From Euprymna scolopes (lineage: Eukaryota): a DNA stretch of 64,000 bases. A model generated the notes under the pieces. The model did no database searches and had not been told where the DNA came from. It saw nothing but the letters and a program-made list of their open reading frames with translations. Below are positions 35,755 through 48,330 of the stretch, one piece after another. The stretch lies in assembly GCA_053919585.1 (NCBI GenBank), contig CM132821.1; one strand, written 5' to 3'. The translations under genes and the position numbers were made by a program. Positions within the stretch are counted from its first letter, which is position 1. Each line of letters starts with the position of its first letter.

Positions 35755-36185
35755 GGTTCACCCTCCCAGGTCTTGCCATCCGGAGTTTTGACGGGTCCCT
35801 GCGAGGGCTGGGCATACATCTTAAATACCATATGTGGGGGCAACCCCACATATAAAACCATTGCTCTTGAGCAATCAGTTATTGTAGGTCAGTGGACACT
35901 GGAGCAGCGAGCTGGACGTCAATGGGCACTAGAGCAAGTAGCTGGGCGTCAATGGGCACTAGAGCAAGTAGCTGGGCGTCAATGGGCACTAGAGCAGGGA
36001 GCTGGACGTCAATGGTCACTGTAGGGGAAACCCTTCATACCAATGGTCACTATCCAGTACCCCTACTCCCTGAGGAGATGGTCCCCATTTCCCCAATCTC
36101 TCCACATTAAAAAAACGGCCTTGTGCCTAATTTGGTGAGTGGGGAACCAAATAAATCCACCAGGTCTTGCCACCTGGATTTGAGG
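35755..36185. repeat. Dispersed modular repeat (also at 49585-50280) containing a 30-bp tandem array at 35895-36020
   Basis: Hairpin ATATGTGGGGGCAACCCCACATAT; about 4 copies of GCTGG(A/G)CGTCAATGGGCACTAGAGCAAGTA; block CCCCTACTCCC...CTCCACATTAAAAAAACGG...GTGGGGAACCAAATAAAT. Confidence 0.75.
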
Positions 36186-37084
36186 TGAGGAAAGCTTATC
36201 TTTTGTTGGTCCAGGTGCCCCTACTCGGAAATGCGGATGAGGATGTCCATGCAATTTTTGCTAAGCCAGAGTACCCCTATTTAGAGGTGCTTGCTGGACA
36301 TCCCGACATTCCGACCTTGTGTCACATCTTGCTTGCGTAGGAAGTATTTTAATGTCTAAAATTTTATAAAGGTTTTCCGTTTGGAGAACTGATTTTACCC
36401 ACCTTGAAAAAGATATACTTTTAGTCCCTTAAAAAAACAAAACAAAAAAAAAGAATTAAGAATATTTATTTTCTTTTTCCCATTAGTATATTCGTTTCTG
36501 TAGTTCTCCATCAGTTCATCCACTCTTGGGTTTTGTTTTCTTTTATCTGTCTTTTTTCAATAGTTCCTATTTCATTTCTTTCTCCTTTTTCTTTATTTAT
36601 TCTCCATTTTTTTTATTATCAATTCTTTTATTTATTTATCTATGACCATATTTTTTTCTATTTGTATCCCTTTCTTTAACGTTGTGTTTTTTTTTCTTTT
36701 GCCTCATTTTTTCTTCCTGTTCTGTTCCAGCTGTTGCAACCTGCACAGATTCCAAGACGCTATCACCCACCTCACCCGGCTCAATTTGATTCTCTTTTAA
36801 ACCGAACCTTGTCAATAGTAACAGACGTTGCCACAAGCTGAGCGCAAAGAAATGAAGCGTCGATAACGAACGATATAAGACGGTGTCGTTTTTGTATCTT
36901 CAACTTGTTAATAGCAGAATCTTCGACGCATATGAGCTACGGATTCGGTTTAGAATTTGTGCAACCGAAAATAATCTCCGTGTAGTAGAATTATCGTTTG
37001 ACAATTTGTAACAGAGCGTGGGCGTGCGTATTGCAGCTGCAGCAGCAAGAGTTAGCATTGTCAAATGATCAAGTCGGGTGTAAG

Positions 37085-37127
37085 GTGACGTCACAGCGAG
37101 GAAAGAAAATGGAACTGTTTTATAAAA
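37085..37127 (+). promoter_or_regulatory. Candidate CRE palindrome plus TATA box
   Basis: GTGACGTCAC at 37085-37094 and TATAAAA at 37121-37127, in apparently single-copy, CpG-retaining sequence. Confidence 0.3.
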
Positions 37128-37536
37128 CAAATGTGGAAATGTACAAACGGAGAGAGAGAGAGAGATGTGTTACACACGTAAGTCGCAAGCGACAGGAAAA
37201 GACGATCCTTAACATTGTTGGACAAAGATAAAGTGCTACATGTTCGACACATTGGAGTACTAGAAGACTTTTGAACAACAGACAATGTGTTATTTGGAAA
37301 GTAAATGTAAATGAATGCATGTTGTTTCAAAGAAAAAAAAAGAGTGCACTGAATCCTTTACTTGTATTTGTGTTCTTGCGAGTGTCTTTATACATCGTGT
37401 GGTTCCCGAGTGTAACACATTCTCTTTTAGTTTATGATTTTTTATATCTTGCATTCCTTAGTATAAAACAACTTTTTCAACTTAATTTTAACTTAGATTT
37501 AGAAACAATAAAATATTACAAATATATTTCTATATA

Positions 37537-38356
37537 TCTATATATCTATAAAAGTGAAAGTGTCTGTCTGTGTATCTGTGTGTCTGTGTGTGTACATTTC
37601 CCTGTTCAATAACTCTGTCAATTTTTAGTCTACAGACTCGAAATTTGACATGAAGGGTACTGAGATTCGGGAACATCGATGTGATCCGTTTTCGGCCAGA
37701 AATTGGGCGAATAAGGGTCAAAGTTCAACGATTTGACCTTTGAGAACTCTACTAAACTCCTCCTGCAATTTTTGGTCTAAACACTTGAAATTTTAGATAT
37801 AGGTTCAATCGACATGGATCTAAATAATATTTGTAATTTGAGTCCAAAACAATAAATTTTAAAGGGTCATAATAGGGGTCAAATTTTAAAAAATTGACCA
37901 CTTTTTTTTGCTCAACATACATCTCCAAATACCCGGGCAAAGCCGGACACGCATGCTAGTATTATTATATATATATAAAAGTGAACGTATCTGTGTGTGT
38001 CAGTGTACATTTTCCCACGCAATAACTCTGTCAATTTTCAGTCTACAGACTCGAAATTTGATATAATGGGTACTGAGATTTGGGAAAATCTTTATAATCC
38101 GTTTTTCCGACCAGGAATTTGGCTGTTAAAGCGCCAAAGTTCAACGATTTGACCTTTGAGAACTCTACCAATCTCTTCCCCCAATTTTGGATCTAAACAC
38201 TTAAAATTTTAGATATAAGTTCCTTGGACATGGATCTAAATAACTTGATTTGAGCCCCAAACAATAAATGTTAATAATAGGCGTCAAAGTTTAAAAAAAA
38301 ATTTTTGCTCAACATACACCTCCAAACACCCGGGCAACGCCGCGCTGAAATACTAG
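37537..38356 (+). mobile_element. Two head-to-tail non-autonomous Helitrons (37537-37959 and ~37965-38356)
   Basis: Each starts TATAAAAGTGAA-(TGTG/TGTC)n and ends CCCGGGCAA(A/C)GCCG...CTAG|T; the bodies are colinear. Confidence 0.85.
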
Positions 38357-39128
38357 TATGTAATAAAATAGATATAAGAATTCATTTTTATAAGCAATAA
38401 ATAAGGGAAGTGGGCTGATAATAAAGAAAGAGTAAGTTTTGATATGTAGACAAGAGATACAAGTTAGAATGAGAATACATGAACCGTCCACGAGAGGAGG
38501 TGACTTTGTCAGTTGTGGAAGCATTCGATTAAGCTAAGAGAATATATAAGGACCAAAGGTCCGGAAAGCGTTATAAATCCCTAGCTGTGCAAATTAGAAT
38601 AGGACAGGGTAAAACAAAAAGAAGTCTTGTTGTTACGACTTAACACTGAACAGTTTTCTGGCACTGTTCAAGAGTCGAAGAGAATCACACAATACGGTTA
38701 GTCCCGAACTGTTAGTTTGCCCATGTTACGTGACTGTTAGCTTATCCATATTCCGTGAACTCTGTTTGAATATGCGTAAACACGCACGTACACACACAAC
38801 GAACGTTTCTAAAAACTAGATTATACACGACGGTAGTTTTCATACACACGTATATTTACATAGACTAAATATGAATGAACACACGTATATACACTTCACT
38901 ATACAATATAAACAGCAGAACCCAGGGAGAAGGTGGCCCTCGGATATGTTTTTTCAGGTTACGATGTCGAATACGATATATTCCAGCCCTGGTTACGGCA
39001 TTTGCCTCGCCTTACGGTGTTATTTATAATATTATTTGATTATATGCATGTGTATTATGTACTGTATTGTATGTATTACTCATTTTGAATGTCGTATTCC
39101 GGATTGTACTGTACGTATATATGTATGC

Positions 39129-39203
<75 letters not shown>

Positions 39204-39329
39204 GGGGGGTGTATACACATATACATACGTTTATAGTACTTATATATTCCTAAAGTAGACAGTCAATAATATTATTAAAAATTGCCACTATTAATTAAGC
39301 TCAAGAAAATGTGAGTATTTTAGTGTTCT

Positions 39330-39586
39330 ATGTATTTAATAACCAAAAGTACTATACGAAAAAGGTTGGTTATCTTATTTCTTAATGTCTTTCTTATTTA
39401 TATGCATCTCAAAAACGTTATAAGGGGTTCAGTTTCTCGGTTTCCGTGTTCTTTTTTGTATCCATGTCCAAGTGGTTTTGTTATTCTCACCTTTTGTTAT
39501 CCTTGCGAATCTTTCCTGTAGTTGTTTCTCTTCCCATTTTGATTTTCGTGTTTTATTCTTTGGCTCACTGTTTTCTGTTTTGTTAA

Positions 39587-39590
<4 letters not shown>
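39330..39590 (-). mobile_element. Degraded R4/Dong-type non-LTR fragment (post-RT region) abutting (TAA)n
   Basis: WEEKQLQERFARITKGENNKTTWTWIQK resembles the W.EK.LHG.F...TW.WL segment of R4/Dong ORFs; (TAT)n at 39590-39662. Confidence 0.5.
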
Positions 39591-39662
<72 letters not shown>

Positions 39663-40167
39663 ATAAAAATAGAACACTGTCATATACATACTTTTCTCTT
39701 TATCCTGCTGTGTATTTCTGTTTATTCGTGTTTTATCTCATTACGAAATATTCAGTAATTTAAAAAGAATAATAAATGGGTTACATAGTAGGGTCCTGCC
39801 ATAGTAAGCAGTAATTTAATTAGATAGTGTGAATTTTCATAAGATTTACCCTACGTGCATCTCCCAATAATCTGCAAACAGAAGTGCGCCTAGAAACTGG
39901 TGTGTGATTTGAAACTGTTTGCGGAACAGGTAAAATGCGTACACACAAAAAAAAAATCAAGATATATGAAAATATGAAAACGTCCTGTTTTCTAGTAGAG
40001 AATTGAAGCTTTTTAGCTGAGTCTCTCCGTTTGAAGCATGCAAACAAGACGCGCTAATATTGTAGAAAAAAATGTAAGCTGGATGTTACCGGTGTCTTTT
40101 TCTCTGTATCCTATTACAGATTTTCTCTTATATAGAGCTCTGTCGGGAATACCAACTAATCATAACG

Positions 40168-40227
<60 letters not shown>

Positions 40228-40862
40228 GTTGTCATTTTTGAATGCTAGAAAATATCTATCAAAAAGAAATTTATTTTTAGGCTAAAAGTATTACGGTAAA
40301 ATATATCAAGAATGTAAACGGAGAAATGTTAAATCAACGACGATCAAACATAAAAAAATATGATTTTGATAATGGCATCAGGTGATTTTAATGATACTTG
40401 AGTTAATGACGTATTGAGTTGCATTTTGAGAGACGTGCAGTTTAGTTCATAGTTTGGAGTCAGACGGGAAAAATCGGATAAGTTTACACAAAAGATATCG
40501 TCTCCGCGCTTTGGAGAGTTGGGAGTAACGCGACTTCAGCATAATGTAACAAATTACTGTGTTCTGCAGTTCCGATAGGAAGTCAAGAATAAAGTTTTAT
40601 GAAATATATAAGCCATTGTTGCATTGTGAAATGAACTTGAATAATGAGAAGAGACGAAGAAACAACGAAGAGAGGTATATTCTTTGCTTGTGCGCTGCAC
40701 AGATTGATGTATATGAACCGTTTTATTATACACGAAAACCCCATACATATATAGATGCAAAAATAGAAGAACATTTAAACAACTAGATGTCACACTGTGT
40801 ATACCACATTATAGGAAAATAAGTTTATAAACCCTTTTTATATACCGCCCGACCATGCAGCT

Positions 40863-41376
40863 TCTATAATATAAATCTCATCTGTGTTAATGCATGTATG
40901 TATGTATGTGTGTGTGTATGTATGTATGTATGTATGTATGTATATATGCATGTATTTATGCATGTTTGTATTTATGTTTGTATGTCTGCCTAATAATTTC
41001 GACAGAAGCGACGGATTGTCACAGGGTCGGTATCGTTTTCAAGTTCGATCCTTCAGAGGAAAAATATCGAAAAATTGGCCCAAAACACTACTTTCTTCAC
41101 CCTCAACTGGGTACTTTTCTACAGAGAGCGGTCGCTTTTTTTTCACTGATATTTTCGAAAATGATCCCCTCTTTTCGATTGACTAGCCTTAATTTAAACC
41201 TTTGCCACTTCCGGCTTGGCGATGGACGCAACGGTAAAGACATCACGTTTTTAATATTTTCTCGATCTTTTCCTCCTTCGCGATGCGAATTCGAGCCTGC
41301 CTGCCTACTACCCCTTTTTTATTTTTGCTCAACACACACCTCCACACATCCAGGCAACGCCGGACACCGTGTCTAG
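40863..41376 (+). mobile_element. Non-autonomous Helitron
   Basis: TCTATAATATAAA start, (TGTA)n, 3' CCAGGCAACGCCGG...CTAG|T. Confidence 0.8.
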
Positions 41377-42132
41377 TTTCAAATAGAAGTTTGACGATGT
41401 AAGTGAAGCTCTTCATGGTGGCTTTTCTGCGTGAGGTGTTTTCTATGTCTTACTTAAACATACGATCTCCGAGCATGAGACGAAACCATTTCGGGCACTC
41501 ATGAAGCAGCAATTCTGAAACAGTGAAGATGAAAATAAAATGCGATGGAGGGAAATAAAATCACTACGTACGTATAGATAAAAGACTATTTGATTTGTTG
41601 ATTGCCAGTAGTTGAAAACGTAATACAGTTTATAGTGATTTCCAATCAAAATATGTTAAGAGCCATCTACTTCATAATGGATAATATTTGAAAATTTTGT
41701 TAACTATTATTTCTATTTAGTTTATGTGTTCACCTGTTCGATTACATTTACTATAATAAACTTATTTAATAAGCAGCTGTGTTTAAAGCGCATGACAATC
41801 CACACTTGTAGAAAAAGAGCGTTAGATACGACATAGAGTAAAAGAATAAATTAAAATATTGAAAGATTTCAAAGGCTTTCAATCATCAATTATTTATTTA
41901 CCAACGTTATGTGCGGACCAGGATGGTATCGTAGTGTGATATTCTTTACAGTTTCGAGGTATACCCCATCTTCAGGAAAAAAGTCACTTAGTTGAGGAGT
42001 GTTTTGTGTATGAGCCAGAGGATATAGGACGCCGGTAGCAATAGGTTCGCAGAGAATTATTAATTAGTGTATAATCGAGGATCGATATATGTCGGATCCT
42101 ATTATTCTTCTGTTTTTTTTTCTCCTCTTGCT

Positions 42133-42164
<32 letters not shown>

Positions 42165-42258
42165 TTTGTTCTTTTTCTTCTTATTATTATTATTACTACT
42201 AGAACTATTATAATTATCATCACCATCATTTTTATTATTATCATCATCATAATCATAA

Positions 42259-42297
<39 letters not shown>

Positions 42298-42298
<1 letters not shown>

Positions 42299-43095
42299 AC
42301 AGTTTCAATGCCTTTATCCACCTATAGCTGCTGCCCTGCAAAGGGTTGTAGAGTCGGGAGATGTTCCTGATTAGCTTGTGAAGGGAAGAACAACACTGAT
42401 GAGGAAGATCCTGCAATAATTATAGACCAATTACATGTCTACCACTAATGTGGAAACTGTTAAATGGAATCTTTGCGGAAAAAAAAAACTTATGAACATT
42501 TTCAGAGTGTTTTTCTTGACGGACAGAAAGGGTGTCGGAAAGGCTCGAGAGATACCAAAGAGCAACTATTGATTGATAAAGCAATAATGCAGGATGCAAA
42601 TGAAGGATCGATTACAGAAAGGCTTATGACAAGGTTCCTCATTCAGGGATACGTAAAACACTATTGATGATGAAAGTTGCTGAGAATGTGGTAGGGCTTT
42701 TGGAGACAAGTATGGTTCAATTGAAAACGGTGCTGACAGCAAAGAGAGAGGACATGGGGCAGGTTGACATTAAACATGGAATATTCCAAGGAGATTCGTT
42801 ATCTCCACTTCTTTTTGTAATGATAATGATGCCACTGAGCATCCTCTTGAAGAGAGAAAAACTTTGGATCTGGTAACAGACGCGTCAACCATCTACTGTT
42901 TATGGATGATTTGAAAATATTCGGTAGAAATGAAAAGGAAATGGAGAGACTGGTAGAACTTGTGGGGACACACTCAGAAGACATTGGGATGGAGTTTGGG
43001 ATTAGTAAATGTGCGGTGCTGGTGATGAAAAGAGGAGTAAAGGTTCATTCGAATGGAATAGTGCTGCCAAATGGAGAAAAGAAAGAAATAGAAGG
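42298..43095 (+). pseudogene. Degraded RT of an R4/Dong-type (restriction-like endonuclease clade) non-LTR retrotransposon
   Basis: [88 protein letters not shown]; multiple frameshifts. Confidence 0.9.
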
Positions 43096-43099
43096 GCTT

Positions 43100-44325
43100 A
43101 TCTTTCTTGTTAATTATTATGATAGTCCTTCCTCTTGCTTGGATGGGTTTATCCTTTTTTATACCAAGGCCCCATAGGACCGTGTGATATTCGTTTTTCA
43201 GTATTGTGTTTGAACCATTTGTCTGTTCAAAATGCCAGTGTTTTCATAATTGATAATGTACTGCCTTCCCCCACTAGATCGTGTCTATTTTTATAAATTT
43301 TTGTGGGCTAGTTTACTACATTCCCTTATGTGATTTATTGTTTCGCCTCTTTGTCCGCAGCGTCTGCATTTGCTATTTTAATGCGTCTTGTCGCTCTCGT
43401 TTTGACATGGCTGGCTTCATTGCGTTATCTTTTGCAGCTGTTGTTAGTGATTCATTTTCCCGATTAAGGTTTGCTTTTATAAGCATTTCCAAGTGTTTTC
43501 GTCAATCTCTTCTTTTGTCATCTTTATGTATCGTCCATGTAACTGTTTCTCTTCATATTTTTCCTTGTCTTATTCCTGGTCTTATTTTATATCTTGTTTG
43601 TTTCTTCATTGTCTCTTGCTGCAGTATTTATTATTTCGGTGTTATGCATTATGTATTTTCTAATCCTTTTTTTTTTGTATTATTTACAAGTCTTCTTTCT
43701 CTTTTCCTTTTCACATATATCGGTTAGTGTCATCCTCCGAGTGTGGTGCATTGTGTATTATCATGAGTTTCCTGGTTTTCTGGTCGTTATTCCTTAGTTC
43801 CTCTTTCGTCTAACTTATAAACGATTATTAGTCTTATTAGTGACAGTGCCCACATGTGTATCCATTTAATTAGGTTTCGAGTGTTTAGTTTGGTTTCTTG
43901 TTCTGATATATTCATTTCCTATAGTATCTTTTATTTCCGTCGCTTCTTGGCGTCTGCTTCCAGCACTTCCAAGTATTTGTAGCTATCATGTTCACTTAGT
44001 GTTCTTATTTCCGTTTGATTAGGCAAGTACTATACCATTATTGCTTTAGTTTTCTCCTCTTCGTGGTCATCAATGCGCACTTTTCCATACCGAATTCAAT
44101 TTGGGTATCCTGGCTAAAGATTCTGATTGTATTTATTAGTACTTGTCGTTCTGTATTTGTTTTTGCAAACAGTTTCAGGTCATTTATGTACATTAGGTGT
44201 TTTTTTTCTGTCTTCTGTGTTATTGAACTTGCATCCGGCTTGGCATTTTCTCATCATGGTTATAATAAATAATAGTGGTGAAAGGGAATCACCTTGGAAG
44301 AACCCTCTTTGTCTTGTGGTTTAGT
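43100..44325 (-). pseudogene. Second, more degraded R4/Dong-type fragment in opposite orientation
   Basis: Minus strand encodes RGFFQGDSLSPLLFI (~44260-44310), IEFGMEKCALM (~44070-44100) and YKYLEVLEAD (~43953-43983). 43100-43850 looks like pre-RT region (weaker support). Confidence 0.7.
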
Positions 44326-44382
44326 TATGTATTTCTATCAGCTGTCAGTTCAATGTTTTTATTGTTAATGTTGTTATTATTA

Positions 44383-45620
44383 AGAGAGGCGTGCAATAAG
44401 TAATGCCCCTGGCCCACTTCCTATGCCAGTAGAGGAATGAAACTTGGCACAGTTATTAGTCTTACTCAACATAGGAACCACCTAGAGTTATGCCTTTCTC
44501 CCATCGTTTGATGCAGCTCTGGAGACCGTTTTTGTAGAACATCCCAGGTTGGTCCTCTAACCACGACGTGATTTCAGAAATCAAGGCTGCATCGTTTGGG
44601 GAACGCTTTCCTTTCAAAAATAACTTAATGACTGGGAAGAGGTGAAAGTCAGAGGGTGCCAGTTCAGGAGAGTAGGGAGGATGGGGAAGGAGTTCATAAA
44701 CACACGTCTGTGCTTCTGATCTGGCGACATGCGAGTTGTGGACCAGAGCGGTGTCCTGCAGGAAGAGGGTACCTTTGCTGATCTTGCCCCTCCTCTTGAT
44801 TTTGATAGCTTCCCTTAATTTCCTCAAAAGTGAAGCATAATAGGCTCCTGTAATTGTGGTACCCTTTGCCAGGAAATCTGTCATCACTACTCCGTCCTGG
44901 TCCCAGAAGACTGTGAGCATGACCTTTCCAGCGGAGGGCTGCACCCTTGCCTCCTTGGGAGGTGGTGAGTCCAAGTGCTTTCACTGCATTGACTGGGCTT
45001 TGGTCTCTGGATCATAGTGATGGACCCAGGTTTCATCCTGTGTGATCAGTATTTTGAAAAACGTTGACTCATCTCTTTGGCACATCTCCAAATTTATCCT
45101 CGAGCACTCGACGCGATCTCGCTTCTAGAATGGTGTGAGCAACGTGGGAATCCATCTGGCAGACACCTTATGCGTATGAAAATAGTTAGGAATGATAGTT
45201 TCTACAGACCCTGTACTAATCTTGACATCTTGGGCTATTTGGCGAATAGTAATGCGCCGATCTTCCAGATTGGCAGCCCCAACTTGATGGACAGATGCCT
45301 CCTCAATGGTATCAGGTCTGGGAGCTGTTTCCACAGACTTCCGGCCATGTTTAAATTCACGATGCCAGCGTTTTACAAGGTTATATGATGGCGCATTATC
45401 ACCATAAGTTTCTTTCATTTCATCAAAAGTCTCCTATGGTGTGCGTCCTTTCAAATACAAAAACCGGATCACTGCTCGACATTCAACAGGCTCCATTTCA
45501 TACCTGACTCAGTTCAAACACCTGCAAAACAGAAACCACAATGTGTTCAGAGTTGTAATTTGCGGCATAACCCGTAGAGATATAAATCATTGCACATGCA
45601 TTACTTATGGCACACCTCTC

Positions 45621-45621
<1 letters not shown>
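44383..45621 (-). mobile_element. Full-length decayed mariner (D,D34D), 1239 bp
   Basis: TIRs TA|AGAGAGGCGTGCAATAAGTAATGC and GCATTACTTATGGCACACCTCTCG|TA; transposase remnants between them. Confidence 0.95.
44462..45502 (-). pseudogene. Mariner transposase with stops and frameshifts
   Basis: HTH region (TYGDNAPSYNLVKRWHREFKHGR), SARWIPTLL, ITQDETWVHHYDPETK, LQDTALVH, HPPYSPELAPSDFHLF (34 residues between D2 and D3); TGA near 44981. Confidence 0.93.
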
Positions 45622-45664
<43 letters not shown>

Positions 45665-45887
45665 TACTCATTTGGAGATTTTAGATGTCATTTGCAAATT
45701 AATTTCCGTTATCGCAAAAACCATTGACAAGTGATTTCTCGTCGGTATCGACCATTTGGCTTCACTGGAATTTGAGTGGCAATAAACCTCTCCCAGGTGT
45801 CAGTCCTATTCGCACTTATTCAGTGGAGGTCTAGTTAGTGCTTTCTCTCCTCGGCCTTACCCTTCAACTATTTGGTTTCTCATTGAC

Positions 45888-45942
<55 letters not shown>

Positions 45943-46429
45943 GTAGTAGTAGTAGTAGTAGTAGTAGCTTACCGCAAGGTAAAATACAGGTGGAGAAACT
46001 GGTGCCGTCTATCGTTCTCTCGAGGGTAGATGTGTTAAGATCTCTTGCCATGGTAGGCACCCCATCTAATGATGGCGTCACGATGAAAAGTACTCTTGAT
46101 AGCTCTAGCGAAGCATCAAGTATTCAGCTACCGATAAGATTTGAATTACTCTACACACTCGGGTAGTTAGTTCAATCCCGGTTACGGCCGCGCTTGGTAG
46201 ATCGATCGAGTAGTAGTATTAATATTATTAGTAGTATTAGTAGTATATTTTGCCAGTAATTATTATGGATTTAATTTGTATGTTATTCTAGTTCATTTAT
46301 TAAATTCTTTTACACGTACGCACTTGCATATATTTTATTTTATTTTATTTTTGTCTATACTCGATACCTAGGTCGCTGCGACCGTTCTGCTCATGCCGCA
46401 GTGTTTTCAGTTGCGTTTGAAACTATTTC

Positions 46430-47010
46430 TAAATATGTGGATTTTTCTTAAACGTTAGATTCTCAACCATTTATTCAACTTCATCCACGGATACTCTCCT
46501 GATACCAAAGTGAATAATTCTCACTGATCTTCCTTGTGTTTCATTCCATTGAGCTTTTGCAATTCTGATCAATTCCCGTACCTAGGGCGACGCCGATTCG
46601 CGGAAGATCTGAAGCATTTGTTGTAGAATTTCTAGAATGCATCTCATTGAAATTTACATTCCTTCATTTATCTGTAATTTATGAAAATATACAGTTAGAG
46701 ATTTGCTTAAGAATAACGATTATGCATCCATATTTGTTGGTCAAAAGTATTGCCGCTAACGTACAACGTTTTCATGTAGATCTATCAAAATCAGAGCGAA
46801 AGAACGCCACATAAAATTCATCAGTATACGATTTGAACGAAGGTATTTCTTTTTATCTCTTTTTCGCTATATAGTTTGGCAAAAAACTTTATTTCGCGCC
46901 AATTTATTTTTTAAATACACATGCCTGATGAGCAAACATTTCGAATTTTTATTTTTATTTCGGTCTATATAATTATAGAATTTAGAAATATTTCGCATTC
47001 TTTAGTAAAT
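46430..47010. repeat. Unclassified dispersed repeat (~570 bp), second copy at 51780-52350
   Basis: Shared CTCCTGATACCAAA, TTTTGCAATTCTGATCAATT, GCCGATTCGCG.AAGATCTGAAGCATTTGT, GTTGGTCAAAAGTATTGC. Confidence 0.85.
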
Positions 47011-47136
47011 AGGTGTGAATAATCAAGAGTAATATTGGGAAGGAATGTTGATCCAATTACTATTTGTGTACTTTTCACTACCAATGTTCCTGAGAAAACT
47101 TCGTAGAATGCTGTATTCTGAATCGTACTTTTGTTA

Positions 47137-47445
47137 TACTACGAAGATGACCTTGTGTCACCAAGTGTTCAGAGTAGAGGGGGGCAATAGACAAAGAGAT
47201 ATGAAATTGGTTAGAATAAAAAAGAAGTAACAAGCAATGAATCTGTAGGTACTTTTAGATTGAGGCCTTAAATTTGTGTGAGGTACTATAAAGATGACCT
47301 GGTGTCTCTAAGTGCTCAAAGGAGGGGAACGCAAATGTCATTGAGATAGTAAATTGCTTAGAATAAATAAAGAAAAAGTAAGTAGCAAACAATGAATATG
47401 TAAGTATTTTTAAATCGAGCCTTTAGATTTGTGTGTGATGCTATG
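47137..47445. repeat. Diverged tandem duplication (~150-bp unit, 2 copies)
   Basis: TACTA..AAGATGACCT.GTGTC...TTAGAATAAA...CAATGAAT.TGTA.GTA.TTT...ATTTGTGTG occurs twice. Confidence 0.75.
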
Positions 47446-48330
47446 ATAGATTGTAAGATAGACAAAAGACGTGACAACATTTTTCTTTCGCAAAAATACT
47501 TCTGTTTCAACTATTTTTGTTCATGCATCAAGGTTTATAAAGGTTTTTAGAATTTAAAAATGTAGGCATTATTAATAAGAAAAAAACATTAAAGGGGGTT
47601 TCGCGGTTGGATGGGAGTCTGCCATGGCCGAGGTCAGGATAAAACCTAAATTTGATATATCTATGTTTCGCTTTCGATATTGAACTTCCTGTTTAAGTAT
47701 AAATAAGTAACTTGCCTACATTTGATACGCTACAGAAATACGTAATGGACAATTATATGTGTGACGGTCTACAATGACCAAACAGGGAAATCTTTATAAA
47801 TAAGCAAAAATAGAACAGCCAAAGTGTTGGCCAATCTATAACAATTGCGGTCCCAAAAATAGACGGCGAAAATGGATACATTTGAAGCAAATACAGAACG
47901 GGAGCCACCGAGTAGGAAACGAAACAGAAAAATATGCAGAAACACCCCATTCAAAAAAAAATCTATCCCAATTTAATCACTTCTTGAGTTCATATATTTA
48001 ATATATATTTCAAAAATAAACTTTATAATTGAAGATTTAAAAAAATAAAGCATTTTTTATTATTGTTTTGTCATAATACCAATCTTAAAACAATAACACT
48101 TAGTAATTGTAAAAAAAAAATCGAAGTTTATTATATATTTTTTGTAAAATTTCAAAACAAATTTATTTAAACAAATATTAATATTAAAGATTACTATATC
48201 TTTATGCTTTCCTCATGACACAAGTAGTGTCAACACAAAAAAAAACATTTGTTGAAACAAAACACAGCGTTGGCATCGCACTCCGCACACGAAATAATAA
48301 AAAAGTAAAGAAAAATGTTTATTTTATACA

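Noticed and set aside
35740-36110. ORFs with QWALEQVAGR repeats
   Set aside because: They arise from a 30-bp tandem repeat within a dispersed repeat, and the 49.6-kb copy lacks the array.
41940-41980. Minus-strand hammerhead-like CCTGAAGATGGGGTATACCTCGAAACTGTA
   Set aside because: Core and stem II are present, but stem III is not palindromic, stem I is poor, and it is single-copy here; at best a degenerate relic.
43281-43797. 148-aa hydrophobic ORF resembling a membrane protein
   Set aside because: Antisense of an A-rich degraded retrotransposon segment.
44462-44974. Host SETMAR-like domesticated gene
   Set aside because: No SET domain, bounded by TIRs, and contains stops and frameshifts.
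46921-46950. CTGATGAG...TCGAA
   Set aside because: No stem II or GAAA-stem III, and the sister repeat at 52.3 kb lacks the motif.
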